A stretch of 64,000 nucleotides of DNA, from NCBI GenBank assembly GCA_040285825.1, contig JAUPSS010000007.1, forward strand, positions 1,326,501-1,390,500, written 5' to 3'. Below the pieces are notes generated by a model. That model did no database searches. It had not been told where the DNA came from and saw only the letters and a list, made by a program, of their open reading frames with translations. A program made the translations under genes and the position numbers. This DNA comes from Eukaryota sp. TZLM1-RC (Eukaryota > Protista > Metamonada: BaSk clade). Of the stretch, positions 1 through 8,679 are shown piece after piece (within the stretch, counting starts at the first letter, position 1; every line of letters starts with the position of its first letter).

Positions 1-100
1 AACTGCAATAGGACGAACATCCATTTTTGAATTTTTGACAAGTGCAGTCAAACGAGAACTTCTTCATTCTTCTGGGTATTTGCGTTGAGCACGTCGATTC
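1..100 (-). pseudogene. Fragment of CRE-like non-LTR retrotransposon RT (family B)
   Basis: Near-identical to 54577-54650, which encodes TALVKNSKMDVRPIAV. Confidence 0.65.
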
Positions 101-149
101 AATACTGTGAGAACAAATTTCTTTGGAGATTTAGTAGAAGTTTGTCCAT

Positions 150-851
150 CAATAATTCCTTATGATGCATTTTTTAGTCCTAAATTTGGTGGAGTTGATT
201 TTTCAAAAGCAGAGTGCTTTTATTGGAAATATGAAAAATTTTCTTTTTGAGTGGAAACGTCGTTTTGATCATATTCCTTTGAATGAATCACATCCTTTAT
301 TAATTTTGCTTGAAAACATGGTGCAGGAACTACCTGTTGATGGGTGGAATAAGTGTTTTCCTTCAATTTTGCCTTCTGTACCTTCGAGATCTTTTACCAA
401 TCTTCATCTTGCTGTTGTGAATTTACAGAAGTCTGTTCTAATTGGTTTTAAAAACCCGGATTTTTCTAAACAACTTGGTGTGACTAAGATCAATAATCCC
501 GTCTTTGCTGCCTTTTTATCAGACATCCAGAACTGCACTAGTTTAATATCTCAGCAACCAAGGCCATTTGGTCTTCACTTAACAAATGAAGCTTGGAAAC
601 AAAACTTGCGGTTGAGATTAGGGCTGTATCCAAGTGGTCTTTTGGACAATTCTTATTGTATTTGTAAAAAAACCTACTGCTAATTTCCATCATATTGTGA
701 GTTGTAAGAAATTTCTCCAATATAGGTCAGTTCTTCATAATGCAGTTCGTGATGTGACATATGAGATGTTTAAGTGTTACAATTTTAGTTGCAAGGTAGT
801 ACCGTTGTTGAAGCATTATAGCGATAATAATCTGTTTAATTCACGTCGTGG
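150..851 (+). pseudogene. Decayed CRE-like non-LTR element family A, 5' part, interrupted by the Gypsy insertion
   Basis: ORFs 162-683 and 634-867 are frameshifted matches to the 33583-34554 ORF (MVQELPVD.W, CIC..H...C, LHNAVRD, SRRG). Confidence 0.85.
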
Positions 852-1006
852 TGTTAGCCTTGGATAATATTTATAATAGTTTATTTATAGTTTATTAATA
901 GTTATTGTATTATTGCGCCCATGCGCTTAAGTTAAGGGAAATCCTCATTCCCTTGTAATAAATTACATTTAAGGTATACTCAATGTCTAACCCCCACAGA
1001 TCATCA
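852..1006 (+). repeat. 5' LTR (155 bp)
   Basis: TGTTAGCC...GATCATCA; AATAAA at 957-962; 7-bp stem AAGGGAA/TTCCCTT at 934-954. Confidence 0.97.
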
Positions 1007-4000
1007 ATACGTATTGGATCACCTTTGGGTGGTTCCAATGACAACTCCGAGACTGTTAGGACTGATCCTCCTACGTCTCACTCTTCGAGTTCTTCCTCCC
1101 GAACTCCTCAGTCGGGACCAGAACAACCCTTGACAACTGGGTCTGAGGGAAGCAATGCTTCTCCTCCTCCTGTGTCAACTCCTCCCTCCGGAGATTCTGT
1201 TACACAACCCAATGTTTCAAGTTCTTCCTCCCAAACTCCTCAGTTGGGAACAGAACAACCCTCTGGTGGCGAGAGAGGTGATACTTCCTCTCAACCCTCG
1301 GGTCAAGGTTCCACTCCATCTACGGATGACGTTCCTGTGGTTTTTATCAGTCTTCCTGTTCCTCCCTCTAATGTGGAAAACTTTGTACCTCTTTCTCCTC
1401 CCCCTGGTTCTGAAGGAGAGGTTGAAGATTCCCTTTTAGGTCCTGAACAGTTCAGTACTTTAGATGAATATCTGAAGTATATCATCAACCAGACTGACCC
1501 TGACTCGGCTAGCAACAAGATATCTGAGCTGTTGAAGCTCAAGAGGGTAGAGCCTCCCTCTTCACCTATTGTTTGCGCTCCTGTTGCTCCTTCCACTTCT
1601 TCTACGGAAGCTCCTGGGGAAGGACAACAAATTCCTTCTACTTCTTCTTCGGAAGCTCCTGGGGAAGGACAACAAGCTCCTTCCATTCCTTCTAGGGAAG
1701 TTCCTATGGAAAGCAGCCCTCCGCAACAACCAGCTCCTCCTGCAGTCCCTGCTGGTAGCCCAAATCCTACTACTCCTTCTCAAGAAGTTCCTGTAGCAGG
1801 CCTTCCTGATACTTCTGCTCCTACTACGGTAGCTCCTACAGAAGTCCATTCAACTCCATCTGTTCCTCCTTCGGGAGTTCCTACTAGAGGAGTAATTCAT
1901 GTCCCTCCAACCTCTGGCCAGACTCCTCAGCAAGGTCACGTTGTTTCTTCTGTTCCTGCTGCTTGGCAGGTGCTTAGTGCTGCACAGCCTAACACCTATC
2001 AAGCCCCAAGCCAGCCCCAGGAATCAGATTCTCCTTTCATCTCTACCCAACAGAGAACTGAAGCTCAAAACTTAGTTCTCAATGCTGGTATTGAGTTAAT
2101 GCTTGGAGATCCTGCATCGATTCCTCCCAATGAACTCATTGCTGCTTTACCCCCATTTTGGGGTCCAGAAGTGGTTAATGATCACGGCTTTAGGATCCGC
2201 AGAAGAATAGGTCCCTACTTCCCAACGGAGGAAGTAGACAATCTTACGGTTCGTTGTGACCCTCCTCCAAATTACCCTCAACGGGATACTGTTGGAGGGT
2301 TCAGAACTCCTCGTGAAGGTGTACAGAGGATCTTCGCCGGTGATGAGCTGAATCTTTTCCTCAACCGATGTAACCCATGTCCTTTCCCCAGGTTTAGCCC
2401 TGGATACAATGCTTCTCTTGATATTTATATCAATAGAGACTTCAGGACTGGATGGTGGTACACTTACACTACGAACTATCAAAGATTGTACCTTCAAGAC
2501 CGCAGACCAGACCATTGCGCGTCATATTTTGGTCCAGAGCACAGAAGGAATAGGCCTTTAAGGGACGCCTTGATGAATGTACAGGAGAACATCGGTGTCA
2601 CCAATTCTAGTTCTCTTCTGTGGGTTAATATCGATGGTGATGTGCAAAGTTACTATCCGAGCGATCATGACCCAGTAGAATTGAGAACTTCTGAGCCTGA
2701 CCCAGTTGAGACAGACACAGTTTTCTCATCTTTGAGCATTGAGCCTCAAGATGACCATCAACAAGATGAGCCAATGGCAACTACTGACACTGTTGAGTCA
2801 GTGCAACAACCTGTAGTTGTCCAATCTCAGGATCCATCAACTCCTTCCCAGGTTCCTCAGGACCCTAGGCTCCTAGGAGTAACTCCTTCTAACACTCCCA
2901 TAGCTCCCCAGTACTCCAACACCCTACTGATGGAAGCTATGGCGAGTTCACAAGATAGAGATAGAGATAGACAAAGAGGTGGTCGACCTAGAAAACCCAC
3001 CCTGGAAGCCAACGATATCTCTGACCCAGTAAGGATCTTGAAATTCATCGACAGATTTATTCTGTATGCTAGGACTGAGAGGACCATTGAAGAGAGAGAC
3101 ATCAATGAATCTGATCCTACTCAAGTCAGACTAGCAAGAGAAGTGTCTGAACTAAGAAGACAACTTGAGGAACGTTCTCGTCCTCCTGCCACTCCTCAAT
3201 CCATAAGCAGAGAAAACCGGAACCTCCCTCTTGATCAGAGATATGGTAACCCCCTCCACGAGTGGGACCGATTCAGAGCTGCTGCTCAAGTCGACCCTCG
3301 TAGGATTGCCTCCTGTGTTACTCCAGAGTGCTTGGCCGCTCTTAGAGCTCAAGGCAGGTTTTCATCTATGTCTGATAGTATCTCAGCTATCGACAATATT
3401 AATGAGGAGCAAATATGGGAATCAATTTTACACCTCAGCCAGTATAGTACTTTAGAAACGGCGAGGAATCAGTTATATAGAGTTCAGATGAATTGGAATA
3501 TTCAGGACTTTAGGAATCGCTGGGGCGACTTCACTGTGAGGCTAATGAGAACAGTTTCACGAAGTACCGCCATTTCTGACGTCAGGGCAAGCGACCGTGC
3601 CTTGTATGGTCAACATTTCCTACAGCGCATTCAAAACTGGGAAATTGCAACCCATATGATCGATTCTGTTGGTATTCAGGCCATCAGTGACAACCTGAGA
3701 ACAGTATGGTCCACACCCAATGTTTGGCAACACCATACTTTACAACAATTTGTCGACATCCTTGCTGCTGAATACATGAGTTGGTGTTCAGCAAGATCCT
3801 ATGACGAGCAAAGGACCAATATCAGTGACTGCTATCAACAACATATGGGTCACTATGTTAGAGCAAACCCAAAGGACAAGAAAAGAATAGGCAAATTTAA
3901 GCCTGCGGGTTCCAGCGTCGCCCCTGCTCAACTCACCAAAAGGAGCAAGTCGCAAATTAAGAAAGAAAGAGATAAAGCTGGTCTCTGTAGATTCTGTGGT

Positions 4001-4204
4001 TTTCCAGGCCACTCTATTAACGAATGTCCCGACCCTGATTGCCAGCGATCCAAGCAATGGCGAGATGCCAACCCAGATGCCGTTCGAGCATATTTGGCTA
4101 GGGGTAGTAGTAATAGTAGTAGAGGCAGAGGTAGACGTAGAGGAAGAGGCAAGGGCCCTTCTAGTAATAATAAACGTTCCATAAATATTCAATGTTTACT
4201 ATAG
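983..4204 (+). CDS. gag: Gag (1073 aa): long Pro/Ser-rich N-terminus, capsid-like region, CCHC zinc knuckle, RG-rich tail
   Basis: CRFCGFPGHSINEC knuckle; lies upstream of pol; C-terminal third aligns by eye with the 251-aa Gag at 12334-13089. Confidence 0.9.
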   Translation: MSNPHRSSIRIGSPLGGSNDNSETVRTDPPTSHSSSSSSRTPQSGPEQPLTTGSEGSNASPPPVSTPPSGDSVTQPNVSSSSSQTPQLGTEQPSGGERGDTSSQPSGQGSTPSTDDVPVVFISLPVPPSNVENFVPLSPPPGSEGEVEDSLLGPEQFSTLDEYLKYIINQTDPDSASNKISELLKLKRVEPPSSPIVCAPVAPSTSSTEAPGEGQQIPSTSSSEAPGEGQQAPSIPSREVPMESSPPQQPAPPAVPAGSPNPTTPSQEVPVAGLPDTSAPTTVAPTEVHSTPSVPPSGVPTRGVIHVPPTSGQTPQQGHVVSSVPAAWQVLSAAQPNTYQAPSQPQESDSPFISTQQRTEAQNLVLNAGIELMLGDPASIPPNELIAALPPFWGPEVVNDHGFRIRRRIGPYFPTEEVDNLTVRCDPPPNYPQRDTVGGFRTPREGVQRIFAGDELNLFLNRCNPCPFPRFSPGYNASLDIYINRDFRTGWWYTYTTNYQRLYLQDRRPDHCASYFGPEHRRNRPLRDALMNVQENIGVTNSSSLLWVNIDGDVQSYYPSDHDPVELRTSEPDPVETDTVFSSLSIEPQDDHQQDEPMATTDTVESVQQPVVVQSQDPSTPSQVPQDPRLLGVTPSNTPIAPQYSNTLLMEAMASSQDRDRDRQRGGRPRKPTLEANDISDPVRILKFIDRFILYARTERTIEERDINESDPTQVRLAREVSELRRQLEERSRPPATPQSISRENRNLPLDQRYGNPLHEWDRFRAAAQVDPRRIASCVTPECLAALRAQGRFSSMSDSISAIDNINEEQIWESILHLSQYSTLETARNQLYRVQMNWNIQDFRNRWGDFTVRLMRTVSRSTAISDVRASDRALYGQHFLQRIQNWEIATHMIDSVGIQAISDNLRTVWSTPNVWQHHTLQQFVDILAAEYMSWCSARSYDEQRTNISDCYQQHMGHYVRANPKDKKRIGKFKPAGSSVAPAQLTKRSKSQIKKERDKAGLCRFCGFPGHSINECPDPDCQRSKQWRDANPDAVRAYLARGSSNSSRGRGRRRGRGKGPSSNNKRSINIQCLL
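999..1020 (+). promoter_or_regulatory. Hairpin at the U5/PBS position (GATC-AT-CAATA-CG-TATTG-GATC)
   Basis: 12-bp palindrome at 1005-1016 plus outer stem; same architecture in the second LTR family. Confidence 0.7.
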
Positions 4205-7200
4205 AGCAAGATAGCTCTCCAACAGGTAATACATCAAAGCAACGTTCAAACAAATGTTCCTTGTTTACTATAGAGCAAGACAGCTCTCCAGCACGTAAAA
4301 CACCAAACATAAAACACACCTCAGTCTCCAACCAGTGGATTAAGTGCTTAACTAATCCTTTGACTACCCGGAATTTTAAAACAGCTACGACGATAGAAAC
4401 ACCAAATAAACCCTGTTTCAACCATGAGTTCGACTCGAACCCAGACTCAGAGTTCCACAGCGATATCTTCATGGTTCGCACCTCAGATGTCGCACGCAAA
4501 AATTTAAAATTGAAATTTTCAATAAATAACTGCGAAATAGAAGGGATCATCGACTCTGGAGCTTCGATATCAGTCATCACTGTTGATTTAGCAGAGAGAT
4601 GCAACATGGTAAAGACTAACCATTGCATAAACTTTAAGTCTGCAAACAACATCATGTCGAAGTCTTTAGGATCAGCAGAAGGCACACTGAGCTTCAGACT
4701 CGGAAGTGTAACCCAATTAGTTCATGTGAAACATAGCTTGGCCATCATTCCTGGCAACAATATGTTACTAATTGGTAGAGACCTGTTGCATCACCTAGGC
4801 TTATTGAACGATGAAGGCCTCTTCATCAAGATGGATGAGGAACATCGTACACTACTTCTGCCTGAGGCTGAATTCGACCATCGAATCTCCCAAGTCTCAG
4901 ATGTCGTCAACGTCCCCAGACGTTGGTTGGAGCACATACAGTCTTCTGGTTGTACTATTAACCTCGACTGTGATAACGACAAGAAGACCTTACTTCTAAC
5001 CTTGAAAGAGTTCGAAGAGACATTCACCCTTAAGCCGCATGCTGATGGGATTGACTGTCCTCCAATGGAGATCAACTTTCATGATGAAAGTATTCGAATC
5101 AGACGACCCCCTCGTAGGTTAAACCCCGAGAAACAGAAAGTTGCCGAACAGATCTTCGATGAACTCGTCGAGTCTGGATTTGCTGTACCATCGAACCATG
5201 AGTTCAGCTCTCCAGTATGTCTTGTGGTATACCCTGATCATCGTAAGCCTCGTCTTACTGGTGATTACAGTGGCAAGGACGGAGTCAACGCCAACACTAT
5301 TCCCGTTGAACCTAATCTCCCCAGAATATCCGATGTGCTAGTCTTCCTCTCGGAAGCCAATTTCATCGGTACCCTTGACCTCCCCAAAGCCTTTTGGCAA
5401 CTAAAGATTGCAGAAACGGACTGGGAGAAGACTGCCTTAAGCATCCCTGGCAAAAGCATCATGTTTAAACGTGCTGCTTTCGGCCTCAAGAACGTTCCTG
5501 CAGTTTTCCAGAACGTTATGGCAGACATCTTCTCCGGAGACGGTGTATTCATCTATATAGATGACATCATTATAGTAGGTAGAACTTTCAACGAGTTCCT
5601 CGGACGTCTAAGACGTGTCCTCGTGAAGGCTCGAACCCGTAGAGTTAGCCTTGGACTGCCCAAGTGCCATTTTGTGTCCTCTAGACACCCAATAAAGATC
5701 CTTGGTAGCAGATTCCAACACAAAACCAGGACCATAGATCCTACACGCACAGAGTCTTTACTGAATCTGCCCAGACCTAAGACTGTGAAAGACGCCCGTA
5801 GCCTTATCGGCTCAGTCAACTTCATTAGGGAATGGCTTCCCCAGGTAACCAAGCATGTTGCCCCGATCATCAAATTAACACATGGCAAACCACGTCGCTT
5901 GCAGTGGAAAGACACTCACGACTACCATTTAGCCGAAATCAAACGTCTGATCGCGGAGCATATGCCTCTCAACTTACCTCCGGTGGATAACCAAGTACTA
6001 ATTAGTTGTGATGCCTCTGATATAGCAGTTGGCGGCGTGATTTGGGAACAAATAGAACCCACTAAGGACCCCGGTACTTCCTTACTCAATAGGAAATGTA
6101 GACCAATCAGCTTCTTCAGCAGATTGTTGACTAACTCCCAGCAGAACTGGCCCACGGTACAGAAAGAGCTTTATGCTATCCTTCTCATGCTTACCGAAAG
6201 TGGCTTCGAGAACTACCTCAAAGGAAGGCGTCTGATCATTTTCACAGATCACCAAAACCTTACTTACATGCTTACCGCTCCGAACAAAAACAGAATAGTC
6301 AGAAGGTGGCTTCCCGTCTTTTCTGAGTTCCTATTCGACATAGTTCATACAAAAGGGGAAGAGAACCATTGGGCAGACATGCTATCTAGGATAGTACCGC
6401 CCCAAGACAATCATACCTTTCACCCTATCTACTACACAAATAGGATTGACGAAACTGAGTCAGAGAGATGCTTCGTTGAAGATCTCCATACATTTGAGAA
6501 GGTGCTCATCCTTCAAGACAAATGCTCCAATGACCTTCCACTCTTCGAGCCATGGCTCTGCAAGATCAGGTCCGAACAAAAGCGAGCCCTCGCTAACCAG
6601 GACACCTCGTTTAACAACTGTACTTTGGATAGTCGTCTAGATCTTTATCTGACTCCAGAGCACAAGATCGTGATTCCTCAATCACTGGTTAAGGATACGC
6701 TTAACCTTCTACATGGACTCCCGCAAGGTGGCCACCCCAGTAAGGCAGAAAGTCTCCTCAGACTCAAAAACAGCGACTACTGGTGGCCTAACATGCTTTC
6801 AGACATGACCAAGCACGTCCAAGAATGCCCCTCCTGTCAGAAGACAGCAGCAGTCCCCAAACTGCATGTCCCTACAACTGGTTCCTTGTGGGCTGACAGA
6901 CCATTCGCAAGAGTTAACGTCGACGTCATTGGTCCTCTTCCAGAAGATCAAGACGGCCACAGATACATTCTTGTATTTGTAGATAGCTTCACGAGGTTCA
7001 CTATCATAGTCCCTCTCAAAGAACTCAACGCCAACCTTACTGCTGACGCTCTCATATGGAAGGCATGCGCGATATTCGGGATCCCGTTCATAGTTCATAG
7101 TGACAACGGTCCTGAGTTCTCTAAAGCTGTCTTCGACGCTCTATGTGAGTTTTTGGGCATAGAGGTCTCAAAGTCCGTCCCTCACTTCTCTCAGTCCAAC

Positions 7201-8046
7201 GGTTTAGTCGAACGCCGTCACCGTGACATTTTGCAGAATTTGAGGAAGCTGCTCGTAGATTTTAACGCCTACGACGCATGGTCAGAGTACATACCCTATG
7301 TACAATTGTTAATCAACTCATCCAAGAGTTCGATTACAGGTTACTCTCCATACGAGCTCATGTTTGGTTCAGATTTTAGCCCAAGAGCTGACCCCGGCAA
7401 AATCATAGAGACCCTCGAAAGCTCAACGTCTGAGTCAACCTACATCAACAACATTCAATCCAAATTTGCCAGATTGAAGAAGAAACAGGAGGAAGCAGAG
7501 CTCCGTCAAGCTTCCAAGGCTCCTCCTCGTGATTCCCAAATCGAAGCCAACCCTTTCTCTCCTGGCCAATTGGTCAAACGAGCTTCGTCTTCCACTGCTA
7601 AGCTACATGGTAACTACAAAGGACCATTCTTAGTGATTGACACACCCTCTACCTCCACAGTTGATATCAAGAATCTGTGCACTGGTATGGTTGTTAAAGC
7701 CAGTGTGAAGCATCTCCAACCTTGGCATTCCAGTTTACCAGCTGATGATGAATTTCACTCCTGGGTTGCTGCTGGTGATGCAGAAGAGCACGTGATCCAG
7801 AAAGTCCTCAGTCAGGATGGTGATTACTGTCAAGTCCAATGGCCTGGCAATCATATTACCACTGAGCTGGTTTCGACTGTTCAAAACACCTCTCCCTATA
7901 AAGAATTCTCCAAGTCTATTTCTAGTACTCGCTCTCGTCCTTCACGCCGAAAACGTCGTTCTGATAATATTAACAATAATGTTAATCCAACTCCTATCAG
8001 GCCTCGACGCTCGAAAAGAAGAAAGGGAAGTGTTAGCCTTGGATAA
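4192..8046 (+). CDS. pol: Pol polyprotein: aspartic protease, RT, RNase H, integrase, degenerate chromodomain
   Basis: IIDSGAS; LDLPKAFWQ...FGLKN...YIDD; CDASD...KELYA...TDH; HHCC (H..GGH..CPSC); D..SDNG..ERRH; C-terminal EHVIQKVL...CQVQWPG. Confidence 0.97.
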   Translation: MFTIEQDSSPTGNTSKQRSNKCSLFTIEQDSSPARKTPNIKHTSVSNQWIKCLTNPLTTRNFKTATTIETPNKPCFNHEFDSNPDSEFHSDIFMVRTSDVARKNLKLKFSINNCEIEGIIDSGASISVITVDLAERCNMVKTNHCINFKSANNIMSKSLGSAEGTLSFRLGSVTQLVHVKHSLAIIPGNNMLLIGRDLLHHLGLLNDEGLFIKMDEEHRTLLLPEAEFDHRISQVSDVVNVPRRWLEHIQSSGCTINLDCDNDKKTLLLTLKEFEETFTLKPHADGIDCPPMEINFHDESIRIRRPPRRLNPEKQKVAEQIFDELVESGFAVPSNHEFSSPVCLVVYPDHRKPRLTGDYSGKDGVNANTIPVEPNLPRISDVLVFLSEANFIGTLDLPKAFWQLKIAETDWEKTALSIPGKSIMFKRAAFGLKNVPAVFQNVMADIFSGDGVFIYIDDIIIVGRTFNEFLGRLRRVLVKARTRRVSLGLPKCHFVSSRHPIKILGSRFQHKTRTIDPTRTESLLNLPRPKTVKDARSLIGSVNFIREWLPQVTKHVAPIIKLTHGKPRRLQWKDTHDYHLAEIKRLIAEHMPLNLPPVDNQVLISCDASDIAVGGVIWEQIEPTKDPGTSLLNRKCRPISFFSRLLTNSQQNWPTVQKELYAILLMLTESGFENYLKGRRLIIFTDHQNLTYMLTAPNKNRIVRRWLPVFSEFLFDIVHTKGEENHWADMLSRIVPPQDNHTFHPIYYTNRIDETESERCFVEDLHTFEKVLILQDKCSNDLPLFEPWLCKIRSEQKRALANQDTSFNNCTLDSRLDLYLTPEHKIVIPQSLVKDTLNLLHGLPQGGHPSKAESLLRLKNSDYWWPNMLSDMTKHVQECPSCQKTAAVPKLHVPTTGSLWADRPFARVNVDVIGPLPEDQDGHRYILVFVDSFTRFTIIVPLKELNANLTADALIWKACAIFGIPFIVHSDNGPEFSKAVFDALCEFLGIEVSKSVPHFSQSNGLVERRHRDILQNLRKLLVDFNAYDAWSEYIPYVQLLINSSKSSITGYSPYELMFGSDFSPRADPGKIIETLESSTSESTYINNIQSKFARLKKKQEEAELRQASKAPPRDSQIEANPFSPGQLVKRASSSTAKLHGNYKGPFLVIDTPSTSTVDIKNLCTGMVVKASVKHLQPWHSSLPADDEFHSWVAAGDAEEHVIQKVLSQDGDYCQVQWPGNHITTELVSTVQNTSPYKEFSKSISSTRSRPSRRKRRSDNINNNVNPTPIRPRRSKRRKGSVSLG
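8013..8030 (+). promoter_or_regulatory. Polypurine tract
   Basis: GAAAAGAAGAAAGGGAAG abutting the 3' LTR. Confidence 0.9.
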
Positions 8047-8185
8047 TATTTATAATAGTTTATTTATAGTTTATTAATAGTTATTGTATTATTGCGCCCA
8101 TGCGCTTAAGTTAAGGGAAATCCTCATTCCCTTGTAATAAATTACATTTAAGGTATACTCAATGTCTAACCCCCACAGATCATCA
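8031..8185 (+). repeat. 3' LTR (155 bp)
   Basis: Identical to 852-1006. Confidence 0.97.
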
Positions 8186-8189
8186 GTGG

Positions 8190-8660
8190 TGATTTAATTG
8201 CTCTGTTTGTGGATTCCTCTCAAGATGTTGTTGAATTTACTGCAGTTGATTCCTGTGCTTTTAGTTATCGTGATGTTTTACTTAGTTTTAATGGTCATTT
8301 CAACAAGGCTGAGGATCGTAAATGAGACAAATATACTGAGATATTAATTGATTTAAATAGGAATCTTTACTCGAAGTTTTCGTTATCCCTTTTGCCTTTT
8401 CGATTTTTGGCAACATTGGACAGTCTGCCTTGAATTTTCTCAATGAGTTTAGTAATTTATGTCGTTCAAGTGGTCAGAATTTTGCAGGGAATTTATGGAA
8501 GAATCGTATCATTTTTGCTTTGTACAGAGGTGTTCCCAAGTACTTGAGTTTAATAATGTCCAAACTGTATAAGGATTCATCAAGAGTTGGCGTGGAGAAT
8601 TTTGTTTCATATGTGTTTTAGTTTGTTTTCTTTGTTTAATTAAAAATTAAATTATTTAAA
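8190..8660 (+). pseudogene. Family A non-LTR element, 3' part (RLE domain, decayed)
   Basis: Continues GDLI...VDSSQ; ends ...GVENFVSYVF* like the 33583-34554 ORF. Confidence 0.85.
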
Positions 8661-8679
8661 GTGAGGATGAACACTAAAA

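Larger units (their letters stand above)
852..8185 (+). mobile_element. Intact Ty3/Gypsy LTR retrotransposon (chromovirus-like)
   Basis: Identical 155-bp TG...CA LTRs; 4-bp TSD GTGG (848-851 and 8186-8189); gag and PR-RT-RH-IN pol; PPT. Removing it restores the target reading SRRGDLI. Confidence 0.97.

Noticed and set aside
1155-7098. Many short antisense or alternate-frame ORFs inside gag and pol (also inside MULE, PP2C and kinase genes)
   Set aside because: Shadows of codon bias in real genes; no motifs
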